Below, piece after piece: positions 41,836-51,364 of a stretch of DNA of 64,000 bases. The stretch comes from Parcubacteria group bacterium CG08_land_8_20_14_0_20_48_21 (GTDB taxonomy: Bacteria; Patescibacteriota; Patescibacteriia; UBA1544), in assembly GCA_002774425.1 (NCBI GenBank), contig PEYJ01000011.1, forward strand, positions 35,915 to 99,914, given 5' to 3'. Positions within the stretch are counted from its first letter, which is position 1. Every line of letters begins with the position of its first letter. A model generated the notes under the pieces. It saw nothing but the letters and a program-made list of their open reading frames with translations, had not been told where the DNA came from and did no database searches. The translations under genes and the position numbers were made by a program.

Positions 41836-42109
41836 ACAAATCTTGAAACTTGTTTACGCACGGCTCTAGCATATCATATAAGCCACGTTATACACAATTG
41901 ACAGTTGTTTTTTTTACGCTACACTCACTCGTGCGTCGCTTTTTTGAAACATGACGGGAAAGGAGATGATAGTGCAGATTATGTAGGAAAAGTAAGCGCA
42001 CGCATTGGTTCTTTTTTGTTCTTTGAGAAAGGAGGTTTCTACACAAAACAGCATCATGCGGTTGTGTAACCGCAAGTTACAGCCTCATCATTCACGAAGG
42101 AGCGATGAA

Positions 42110-42607
42110 ATGAAGACAAGCATGTCAGTATGTACGCTCTTTTTATTTGCCGCATTATTCATGGCGGTAAACACCGACCAAGCATACGCAGGATGGCACG
42201 AGTGGAGTCAAAACTCCAGGAATCAGGCCATCGTTGATGAAACGGCAAACTACAACGAAGGTGATGACGGCGGCGAATGCAAGGTCTGGGTACAGAATGT
42301 AGTAAACGATGCTTCCGGCTCATGGTTGATCCCAACCAATTCTAGTAACGATTGCTACTGGAACTACGGTGCGTACGTGTCCCCTAGGTCCGGCTACATT
42401 GAAGATGTAGTTCCTGGGGAAATCGTACAAATGGAGTTGAGCAGCGGTGGACCACACACTGCAATCGTACTCGGCATCAGCCCGTATGGTGTCACTTTCA
42501 TAGAAAGCAACTGGTGCAAGCCCTGCCATGAAATTCATGTACGGTATGTCAATTTTGATGACTTCTACGACCAGGTAAGTTGCTTTACCATTTACGAAGT
42601 ATTGTAA
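42110..42607 (+). CDS. Secreted CHAP-like cysteine amidase/peptidase
   Basis: Signal peptide ending AYA; GECKVWV (Cys), PHTAIV (His), IESNW; SD AAGGAG; terminator at 42618-42648. Confidence 0.75.
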   Translation: MKTSMSVCTLFLFAALFMAVNTDQAYAGWHEWSQNSRNQAIVDETANYNEGDDGGECKVWVQNVVNDASGSWLIPTNSSNDCYWNYGAYVSPRSGYIEDVVPGEIVQMELSSGGPHTAIVLGISPYGVTFIESNWCKPCHEIHVRYVNFDDFYDQVSCFTIYEVL

Positions 42608-42687
42608 TACAACCTCCGCGTATGGGAGAGCTTTTTCTCCCATACGCAACTTTTTCCCAAAAGTAAATGTCAGTGTATACTACTACC

Positions 42688-43356
42688 ATGAAACCAAAAA
42701 ATAAATTATTCGTAATTGTACTTCTTGTTGCAGTCGTCAGTAGTATCGGTGCAGCTATATTCTTTTTTAGTAAAAAAACAATGCGGACACCAGCGAATAT
42801 ACAACAAGAAACACTATTGTCTCATATTGATCCCACTCAAAATATCGACGGCACGTCTGTTTACTTAGAGAATGGCTGGAAAGCATACACCGATACAGTG
42901 TTAAAATTTCAACTGGAATACCCGAGTCGCGAGTTCGCGTATGGTATTCTCAAATCTCGAACAACAAGTCGTATTCGTAAGTCTTTTGAAGGCGAGCTGG
43001 TAGCAGGAGACGTTGCATACACTGTTAGTTTTTCTGACGGCGATTCAGCACGTATTGGCGTGAGTATGCAACCCGCACATATTTCTTCGCTCGAAGAATG
43101 GCGTATTCAATTTCTTGCATCGCAACCTGATTATTTGGAGCATAATGAGTTATGGGATTTTCGCATCATAAGAGCAGCAAACCAAGAAGCATTGTTTATT
43201 CGCCGTATCCCGTCTTTTGAGGGTCAATACGAAGACGAACAGTTACCTGATGAAATATACATGCTCCACGACGGCATGTTAGTGCAACTCTACATATGGT
43301 ATTTACCGAAAGAAGATCGTGAGAGAGTATTAAAAAGTTTCCGCTTTTTGGAATAA
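42688..43356 (+). CDS. Membrane-anchored PsbP-like protein
   Basis: N-terminal TM helix; GWKAYTD..FQLEYP motif; C-terminal VLKSFRF. Confidence 0.75.
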   Translation: MKPKNKLFVIVLLVAVVSSIGAAIFFFSKKTMRTPANIQQETLLSHIDPTQNIDGTSVYLENGWKAYTDTVLKFQLEYPSREFAYGILKSRTTSRIRKSFEGELVAGDVAYTVSFSDGDSARIGVSMQPAHISSLEEWRIQFLASQPDYLEHNELWDFRIIRAANQEALFIRRIPSFEGQYEDEQLPDEIYMLHDGMLVQLYIWYLPKEDRERVLKSFRFLE

Positions 43357-43416
43357 ATAATCTGCTTTGTCGCTTGCTTGCCACCCATCTCCTTTTGTTG
43401 GTCGCATTATAAAAAT

Positions 43417-44074
43417 ATGCATCGATATCAGTGATCAAAACTTCTTCTTGGTTTCGCCACCAGAATAGTTTTTGGTGGGATTATTGTGTTTTGTTGCACC
43501 TCTATTTTTTTAAAGTAGCTCCTGAAGCACATCCACAACCACAAAAAGAAGTCCCGCAACCAGTCACAGAAAATACCGAGAAGCAAAAATTCATACCTTA
43601 TAGTGAAAGAGAGTGGTTAACATACACTGACAGTTAGTTTCATTATGCCATTCGGTATCCTTCTGGTTTGCGAGTAATTCCTACTCCTGTAAATATTTCT
43701 TCTCCATCTATTATTGATGGAGAATTTAATGAAAATGGATGGGTAAGTTTTGCAAGTTGGGGACCTGGGGTGATGGGTGTCAAAATATACACCAACACAT
43801 CCTGTACCTTCGCCGAGGATTGGCTCGCATTTGTAAATAACAAGATCAAATTGAGAGAAACGCAAGTGCTGGAAAAAAAGGTTCTTATTGATGAACAAGA
43901 GGCGTTGGTTACCTACCCCAAAGGAGGCGTACCACCTTATAAAGAATTACCTTTCCTTACGCTAAAAAAACTGTTTTTATGAAAGATGGCATTCTCTTCC
44001 AAATTTGGACAAATTTTTACAATAACGAGAGTAATCACCAGAGAGCATGGGATAGCTTTGAATTTTTCGAATAA
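43417..44074 (+). pseudogene. Disrupted second PsbP-like gene
   Basis: Fragments EWLTYTDS*FHYAIRYP and KDGILFQIW..WDSFEFFE, broken by two stops and two frameshifts. Confidence 0.75.
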
Positions 44075-44131
44075 CTCTTCGCAAGAGTACATTTATTACC
44101 TATTTTCTGTAGTATTTTTTATAGAAGTACG

Positions 44132-47068
44132 TTACTTCCTATACGGACAAATGTCTTTATAATCACATGAGGCGCAGGTGAATGGGGACGGTGTGGGTAC
44201 GAATGACCCTTCCTGTATCTTTCCTACAACCTCGGAAACGCTCTTTTCTAATTTTTCAAAATCCTCTGCTCCACCAATGAAACTTTGTTCGCTGACATCC
44301 TCCAAATAGACGAACGCCAACTCCGCTACCTGTTCGTTGAGTACATCTTGCGCGGCAAGCTGGTATAAGAACAACTGCTCTTTGTCTTCGGGTTTGAGCT
44401 TGTCTTTCGGTTTGCCGGTTTTGTAGTCAATGATGCGTACCTTGCCTTCGGGCAGGAGGTCAATGCGGTCAATGGAACCCTTAAAGGTCACGCCTGCGAA
44501 CTTGAGATGAAACCCCTTTTCTACGCTTTGCGTGTCGGGCCAAAGACCATCATGCTTGTTGTAAAATTCCCGCAACTCCTTACGCGCTTTTTCCTTTGCT
44601 CGCTCCTGCTCGCGCGCATGCGCATACCAGTCATCAATCCATACGTCGTCCAGCATGCGAAGTAATGCGGTTTCGTCAGGGTATGTGCCGTCCATGCGTT
44701 CTTGAAAGAACTTTTGGAGCACTGCGTGCATGCTCTTGCCAAAACTAAACGCTGGTTTTCCCCGCACCGGCACCTGTAAAATATGCGCGTACTTATATTG
44801 CAGGGGACATTTTTGGTACGCGCGCAACTGCGTAAAGCTGAAATACTGCGGCATTGACCATGGCATCTCCGATAAGGGTACATATTCCTTTTTTTGCGAG
44901 CTATCCGTGGAATGCGCCGTAACGCTATCCTGCGAGGTTGGTTTCCCGTTATCTCCATATCCCAGCTCCACCAAAAAACGTGAGAGCTTTTTTTTCGTCT
45001 TCCCTCCGTAGTCGTCCGCCGAGAGAAAATACAATCCTTTCTTCGCCCGCGTCATGGCAACGTACATGAGCCGCCGCTCTTCTTGCAAATGCATATCCGC
45101 ATTCGGAAGCTGTTCTTTGATGAGCGCATCGGGAACGGGTATCGCTTCGCTCTTGCGGATAGATGGAAAATGCTTGTCTACCAAACTCCCGATGAACACG
45201 TGGTCAAATTCCAATCCTTTCGCCGCGTGCACCGTCATGACCGCGACCCGATCCGGGCTTGCTTCCTCCGGATTCTGCCGCAGGGTACCCGCGTCTCCCG
45301 TTTCCATTTTCAGTTTCCAGTAGTCCAAAAAATTTTTCAGCGTTGGATTGTCCTGCTGTTCCGTAAACTGTGCTACCTCGCGAAAAAATTCCGCGAGCGT
45401 GTGCGCGCGCTCCTGGCGTTCCGCTTCATTCCATACCCAGCCGGACAAAACCTTTGCCGGCGTTTTTGGCTGCACGCTGCTCAATTCACCCAAAGCGGTC
45501 AGGTAACCGAAGTCTTCCAAAAACGCTAAAAACACTTCGCGCACCGCTTGACTGTTCGCCACTCCCCGATGTTTTTCCATGAGCCGCAAGAGTGTCGCGA
45601 TATCCGCAAGCGTATCCTCCCCCACACCCTCCGCGCTTGTGGCGCGCGTACATGCTTCAAAGAGCGACAGCCCTTTTTTATGCGCGAACGAGGTGAGGTG
45701 TGCTATGTTCTGCCGCAACACGGGAAACACCGATAAAGTGGCAATGTGGTAGAGCGCGGGAGATTCGTGGTACGCATCCAAAATTTGCGCGTAGGCGAAT
45801 AAGTCACGAATCACCGGTTTGCGATAGAGTCCTTTTGCGGCCAAGTAGTGATACGGAATGCCTGCCGCATCCAGTTCCGCCGTAAACCGGTCGGCATGCG
45901 CATTGGCGCGCACCAAAATCGCGCACGCGCCGTATGAAGCACCCGCTCGAACAAGTTCACGAATTTTTTTTACCGCAAGCAACGCTTCTTCCTGCGCATC
46001 CCGCGCGTGCAGGTGGATAAGCTCCGCGCCCTTTCCCTGATGCGCCGTAAGACGCTTGGTGAATGCACTATCTTCCTGGGGCTTATGCGTTTGTTGGATT
46101 TGATACTCTAGCCGGTCAGGATTATTGAGCTGGATAAACTCGTACGCTTTGTCCAAGATTTCCTGTTTTGAGCGATAATTGGTCTGCAAAAATATGCGTG
46201 CCGCTTGGGGAAAGTCTTTTTGAAATTGCAGAATGTTGCTGACCGAGGCCCCGCGGAATTTATAAATGCTTTGGTCGTCATCCCCCACCACTGTCACCTT
46301 ACCCACACTCCCCGCCAAAAGTTTGACCAGTGCATACTGCGCAAAGTTGGTATCCTGAAACTCATCCACCAAAATATATTTGAATTGTTTGCGATAGATT
46401 TCCAAAATTTTCGCTCGTTCGGTAAAGAGTCGCAACGCGTGCACCAGCAGATCGCCAAAATCATAGGAGCCGTTTTCCAAAAGAAGCTTTTCATACGCCT
46501 GATACGCGCCTGCAACTTCCCGAACGCGCGCAATTTCCTCCGCATCCAGCTCGTCGCTCTCCCGAAGAGCCGCCGCATACGCCGCATACTGTACACTCGT
46601 GATCGCTTCGTCTTTGCATCGGGAAAAATGGCGCAGCAGTACTCCGATAAACTGGGTTGGGTTGCCAAGCGGCTTGTAGTAGGAGAGATGGAACCGCTCA
46701 AAATTTTTCCGGATCAGCAGCTGTTGCTCTGTTTCATCCAACACGCGCCCTTCATTGGATAGCCCGATATCCAGTCCATACCGCTCCAAGACGCGCTGGC
46801 AAAAACTATGAAACGTCATAATCCACAGATCCACGTAGCCGTAGGGTAAAAGCCGATCCACCCGCTCCTCCATCTCGCCCGCCGCTTTATCGGTAAACGT
46901 CAACGCCAACAGCTCATCCGGCTTTGCGAGTTCCTGCTCTATCAGCCAGCCGATACGCTGGGTGATAACCGCAGTTTTTCCCGTTCCCGCTCCCGCCACA
47001 ATCAACAACGGGCCATCCTGGTGCGTTACGGCTTTGAGTTGTTCTTTGTTTAAATCTTTGAGTAACAT
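44132..47068 (-). CDS. UvrD/PcrA-like SF1 helicase fused to a PD-(D/E)XK nuclease
   Basis: AGAGTGKT, VDEFQD, VGDDDQSIY, TVHAAKGLEF, EERRLMYVAMTRA; C-terminal CPLQY, IDRID, IIDYKTG, CASCDYKDIC. Confidence 0.95.
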   Translation of the reverse strand: MLLKDLNKEQLKAVTHQDGPLLIVAGAGTGKTAVITQRIGWLIEQELAKPDELLALTFTDKAAGEMEERVDRLLPYGYVDLWIMTFHSFCQRVLERYGLDIGLSNEGRVLDETEQQLLIRKNFERFHLSYYKPLGNPTQFIGVLLRHFSRCKDEAITSVQYAAYAAALRESDELDAEEIARVREVAGAYQAYEKLLLENGSYDFGDLLVHALRLFTERAKILEIYRKQFKYILVDEFQDTNFAQYALVKLLAGSVGKVTVVGDDDQSIYKFRGASVSNILQFQKDFPQAARIFLQTNYRSKQEILDKAYEFIQLNNPDRLEYQIQQTHKPQEDSAFTKRLTAHQGKGAELIHLHARDAQEEALLAVKKIRELVRAGASYGACAILVRANAHADRFTAELDAAGIPYHYLAAKGLYRKPVIRDLFAYAQILDAYHESPALYHIATLSVFPVLRQNIAHLTSFAHKKGLSLFEACTRATSAEGVGEDTLADIATLLRLMEKHRGVANSQAVREVFLAFLEDFGYLTALGELSSVQPKTPAKVLSGWVWNEAERQERAHTLAEFFREVAQFTEQQDNPTLKNFLDYWKLKMETGDAGTLRQNPEEASPDRVAVMTVHAAKGLEFDHVFIGSLVDKHFPSIRKSEAIPVPDALIKEQLPNADMHLQEERRLMYVAMTRAKKGLYFLSADDYGGKTKKKLSRFLVELGYGDNGKPTSQDSVTAHSTDSSQKKEYVPLSEMPWSMPQYFSFTQLRAYQKCPLQYKYAHILQVPVRGKPAFSFGKSMHAVLQKFFQERMDGTYPDETALLRMLDDVWIDDWYAHAREQERAKEKARKELREFYNKHDGLWPDTQSVEKGFHLKFAGVTFKGSIDRIDLLPEGKVRIIDYKTGKPKDKLKPEDKEQLFLYQLAAQDVLNEQVAELAFVYLEDVSEQSFIGGAEDFEKLEKSVSEVVGKIQEGSFVPTPSPFTCASCDYKDICPYRK

Positions 47069-47247
47069 ACCAACCTTGAAACGTGAAGCTTAACACATGA
47101 AGCTTGCATGTTGTACCACTATAGCATCCAAAACAACGCTTGACAAAGAATAACCTCTGCTTTTTTCCAACCTCATACTGCTGATTTCTGACTTCCAACA
47201 TCCGTTAATAAAAAAGATCTCTCGCGAGATCTTGGAAGTAGGGACGT

Positions 47248-47415
47248 TCAGATGGTGAACGGTTTGTATAAACTTTTTTGGTGCACACGGCGCGCTTCTT
47301 GCAGTCTAGCGGTCAATCGTAGCGATCGCGCAAGCGCGCGTTGCATAGTTTTCTTCCCTTCCGGTGAAGCAGCCCATTTCCGCACCAGCTCGATCTCTTG
47401 ATCGTTTGCATCCAT
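47248..47415 (-). CDS. Small orphan basic protein (55 aa)
   Basis: AAAGGA SD before MDANDQEIEL; hairpin plus T-run at 47209-47232. Confidence 0.55.
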   Translation of the reverse strand: MDANDQEIELVRKWAASPEGKKTMQRALARSLRLTARLQEARRVHQKSLYKPFTI

Positions 47416-47479
47416 GATAATTCCTTTAGTGAAAATTCCGCTCATTATGGCGCATACGTAAATCCGTAAACAAGAAGCA

Positions 47480-47704
47480 TTAAGGGTTGTCGGATGGAAA
47501 CATGCGCCGCAGATGCCACACACAATACCTTCTTGCTTGGCAAATGCGTACCAAGCGTTTGCAAGCGGCGTACAACATAGTATACGCTTGTTCCGTATAG
47601 AAGCAGACGGCATCACCGATGTACCACAAGGTGAGAAAGAAAATAAAAAGAGCAATGTTGCGCAAGCGGACACGGGGAAGAAAATGCGTATAGGAACTGT
47701 GCAT
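47480..47704 (-). CDS. Small orphan membrane protein (74 aa)
   Basis: AAGGAGG SD, boxA-like CGTTCTTAAAA and TG-c-TATACT promoter upstream; one TM helix. Confidence 0.6.
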   Translation of the reverse strand: MHSSYTHFLPRVRLRNIALFIFFLTLWYIGDAVCFYTEQAYTMLYAACKRLVRICQARRYCVWHLRRMFPSDNP

Positions 47705-47809
47705 GGTATCCTCCTTAAAAAAGAAATTTTAAGAACGAATCCAGTATAGCACCTCGTGGGGAAAACACAATCTTTTGCATATTTTTGCACATGCTATACT
47801 TACCATACT

Positions 47810-48907
47810 ATGCACGATATTGCTTATTGGATAGCCTTCAATCATCTGGAAGGCATCACCTCAAAACATCTCCTCGCACTTCATGCCTACTTCGGCAAAA
47901 TGGAACGCGCGTGGCATGCGTCGTATGCGGAATTGATGAGGTGCGGTCTGCGCGAAACGGCGGTTGAGGCAATCGTTGCGGGACGGGGCGAAAGGGATCC
48001 GGCAACGCTCGCGGAATCAATTGAGCGACAGGGTATAGCCGCGCTCTCCTTCACGCACCCCGACTATCCGCCTCTGCTCAAAGAGATCGCCGACCCGCCG
48101 GCAATACTGTACGCGCGCGGGGATACCGATATTTTGCACAATACCTGCCTTGCAGTTGTGGGCACCCGAAAAGCCAGTCCCTACGGTACACAGGTCATGC
48201 AACGATTTGCGGCGGCACTTGCACAGTACTCTATAACCATTGTCAGCGGTTTGGCATTTGGCATTGACGCACTCGCCCACCGTGCGGCACTTGCGGCAGG
48301 AGTGCCGACCATAGCGGTTCTAGGAGGCGGTGTGGATGATGCGAGCATCGGACCGCGCAACCACGCGCCGCTTGCGCATGAAATTCTGCGGCAAGACGGA
48401 ACGATCATTTCTGAATACGCGCCGTGCACAGCAAGTCAACCCTACCATTTTCCGGAACGCAACCGTATTATCGCCGGACTCTCAAAAGGCACGCTTGTTG
48501 TAGAGGCGGGGTTGAAAAGCGGATCGCTTATCACGGCACACCTGGCACTGGACTACAACCGCGAGGTATACGCGATTCCGGGAAGCATTTTCTCCCCCGT
48601 ATCCCACGGCACGCACGCGCTTTTGAAAGAAGGAGCGATTCCAATCACCGATATGGAAGAATTGTTCGTGCTGCTTGGAGTCTCCAACACTGCGAAAAAA
48701 AATGGATACGCGACCAAGCCGAATTTGCCGCCCGAACACGGTCGGATATTCTCCCTCTTAACCCATGAACCGCAACTCCCCGACATGCTTGCGCAAGCGG
48801 CAGGCGTAACTTTTGCTGAGCTCAACGGTATCCTTACCGCGCTGGAATTGCGAGGACTGGTACAATCCTCCGGAGGCCGCTATCTCTTGACAGGAAAAAC
48901 GAAATAA
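47810..48907 (+). CDS. dprA: DNA-processing protein DprA
   Basis: YPPLLKEI, AVVGTR, VSGLAFGID, FPERNRIIAG, SGSLITA. Confidence 0.97.
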   Translation: MHDIAYWIAFNHLEGITSKHLLALHAYFGKMERAWHASYAELMRCGLRETAVEAIVAGRGERDPATLAESIERQGIAALSFTHPDYPPLLKEIADPPAILYARGDTDILHNTCLAVVGTRKASPYGTQVMQRFAAALAQYSITIVSGLAFGIDALAHRAALAAGVPTIAVLGGGVDDASIGPRNHAPLAHEILRQDGTIISEYAPCTASQPYHFPERNRIIAGLSKGTLVVEAGLKSGSLITAHLALDYNREVYAIPGSIFSPVSHGTHALLKEGAIPITDMEELFVLLGVSNTAKKNGYATKPNLPPEHGRIFSLLTHEPQLPDMLAQAAGVTFAELNGILTALELRGLVQSSGGRYLLTGKTK

Positions 48908-48970
48908 CGTACTAATAGCAACCAACAACGTGTGCAAGGGCGCTATGCTGCAAGTTGTAAGTCATGAAGT

Positions 48971-51199
48971 ATGAAACTCGTCATTGTTGAATCCCCCACA
49001 AAAGCAAAAACCATTTCCCGATTTTTGGGTAAGGGATACAAAGTGCTGTCTTCATTCGGACACGTACGGGACCTGCCCAAGAGTAAAATGGGCGTGGATG
49101 TGGAACATGCATTTGAGCCAACCTACACCATTCCCGTAAAAGCGAAAAAGATTATAACGGAGCTTAAGTCCGCCGCCAGCAAAGCAGAAGAAGTTATTCT
49201 GGCATCCGACGAAGATCGTGAAGGCGAAGCCATTGCTTGGCACCTGGTTGCAGCGCTTGGTTTGGATACAAAGAAGAAAACCGACCAAAAAATCTCGCGC
49301 ATCGTGTTTCATGAGATCACGAAAAAAGCGTTGGAAGAAGCATTGGCGCATCCGCGCATCATCAATCAAGAACTGGTGGATGCCCAGCAGGCGCGGCGCA
49401 TTTTAGATAGATTGGTCGGCTACGAACTTTCGCCTTTTCTGTGGAAAAAAGTTTCCTATGGACTTTCCGCCGGGCGCGTGCAATCCGCCGCGGTACGGTT
49501 GATCGTGGAACGCGAACGCGAGCGCGAAGCATTCAAAGCGCAGGAGTATTGGACGATACAAGCACTTTTGGCGAAGGGCGCGGATACGTTTGAGGCACAG
49601 CTTGCGAAAAAAGACGGCACAACGCTGGACAAGTTCGCGCTCGGCACACAAAAGGACGCGGAAGCAATCGTCCAGAATCTCCAAAGCGCATCCTACATCA
49701 TTGCGGATGTTACGAAAAAAACCGCCAACAAAAAACCTCCAACTCCCTTAACCACATCGCTCCTCCAGCAGGAAGCCGGTAACAAGCTCGGGTTTTCCGC
49801 AAAGCAGACCATGCGCTTGGCGCAGCAACTCTATGAAGGTGTGGAAATTCCGGGCGAAGGGCATGCGGGTTTGATAACCTACATGCGTACCGACTCGCTT
49901 AATTTAAGTAATGACGCGGTAGCCCTCATGCGCGATTTTATTGAAAAAGATTACGGCAAGGACTATCTTCCCGAAAAACCCCGTTTTTACAAATCAAAGA
50001 GCAAGGGCGCGCAAGAAGCGCATGAGGCCATTCGCCCGACTGACGCGACCAGAACGCCGGACAACTTAAAAAGCGCGCTGGATGCGCGACAGTGGAAGCT
50101 CTATCATCTTATATGGAGCCGCGCGCTTGCGAGCCAAATGGCGGATGCGGTATACGACCAGACGAGCGTCGCCATTGACGCGAAATCCGCGGACACGGTG
50201 TATGGATTGAAGGCAAACGGCTCCCTGCGTACGTTTGACGGTTTTCAAAAAGTGTATGTGAGCAAGACCGAAGAAAAGACGTTGCCACGCTTAACGCAAG
50301 GTGATGTACTCACCGCGGAAAAACTGGAACCCGAGCAGCACTTCACCGAACCCCCCGCGCGCTACTCCGAAGCGACGCTCGTCAAAGCTCTGGAAGAACA
50401 CGGTATCGGCCGCCCTTCCACCTACGCACCTACCATCTCCACCGTTCAGGATCGCAACTACGTTGCGAAAGACGACGCGAAACGCCTGTATCCAACCGAC
50501 ATCGGCAAACTCGTCAACGACATTTTGGTGGAACATTTTAAAGATATTGTGGACATTGACTTTACCGCGGAGATGGAGGAGAAGTTTGATTGCATCGCGC
50601 GCGGCGAGTGCGCATGGCGTCCGACCTTGCAAGAATTTTATACACCCTTTAAAGCGAATCTTGTGCAAAAAGAAGCAACACTCACCAAAAAAGAATTGAC
50701 CGAACAAAAGACTGACGAGGTATGCGACAAGTGCGGCAAGCCGATGGTGATTAAAACGGGACGCTTCGGGCAGTTTCTTGCCTGCACCGGCTACCCGGAG
50801 TGCAAAAACACGAAGCCGTTGGGTGGCGCGGAACAAAAATCGGAAGAAATGTTGGAAGATAAAAAATGTCCCGAGTGCGGCAAGCCCATGGCGGTCAAAC
50901 ACGGACGCTACGGAAAATTTTTGGGTTGTTCCGGCTATCCTGATTGTACATATATTGAAAAGATAGAAAAGAAAACGGGTGTTACCTGTCCCAAGTGCTC
51001 GACAGGCGATATGGTGGAACGACGCACCCGCGCGGGTAAAACGTTTTACGGCTGCAACAACTACCCCAAATGCGATTTTGCGCTGTGGTCCAAACCCACG
51101 GGCGAAAAGTGTCCCGAGTGCAGCTCGCTTCTCGTCTTCGCCGCCAAGGACACGGTTAAGTGCAGTAACAAAGAGTGCGGGTTTGAGAAAAAATCATAA
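48971..51199 (+). CDS. topA: DNA topoisomerase I
   Basis: IVESPTKAKTI, DEDREGE, SAGRVQS, ITYMRTD, GIGRPSTY, C-terminal C4 zinc ribbons. Confidence 0.98.
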   Translation: MKLVIVESPTKAKTISRFLGKGYKVLSSFGHVRDLPKSKMGVDVEHAFEPTYTIPVKAKKIITELKSAASKAEEVILASDEDREGEAIAWHLVAALGLDTKKKTDQKISRIVFHEITKKALEEALAHPRIINQELVDAQQARRILDRLVGYELSPFLWKKVSYGLSAGRVQSAAVRLIVEREREREAFKAQEYWTIQALLAKGADTFEAQLAKKDGTTLDKFALGTQKDAEAIVQNLQSASYIIADVTKKTANKKPPTPLTTSLLQQEAGNKLGFSAKQTMRLAQQLYEGVEIPGEGHAGLITYMRTDSLNLSNDAVALMRDFIEKDYGKDYLPEKPRFYKSKSKGAQEAHEAIRPTDATRTPDNLKSALDARQWKLYHLIWSRALASQMADAVYDQTSVAIDAKSADTVYGLKANGSLRTFDGFQKVYVSKTEEKTLPRLTQGDVLTAEKLEPEQHFTEPPARYSEATLVKALEEHGIGRPSTYAPTISTVQDRNYVAKDDAKRLYPTDIGKLVNDILVEHFKDIVDIDFTAEMEEKFDCIARGECAWRPTLQEFYTPFKANLVQKEATLTKKELTEQKTDEVCDKCGKPMVIKTGRFGQFLACTGYPECKNTKPLGGAEQKSEEMLEDKKCPECGKPMAVKHGRYGKFLGCSGYPDCTYIEKIEKKTGVTCPKCSTGDMVERRTRAGKTFYGCNNYPKCDFALWSKPTGEKCPECSSLLVFAAKDTVKCSNKECGFEKKS

Positions 51200-51364
51200 G
51201 TATGCATAGTATGGAAGTAGTATAATAAAAAGGAACTGCCCTATCACCTGCAAGAGTAACGGTAAAGATAAAGTTCGAGATGCCAGATTCCCGACTCTCG
51301 CGAGAATATACTAGCTATCATTTTTCATCCGCTTACTGACCTGGAATTTCTTACTTCCCTTATT

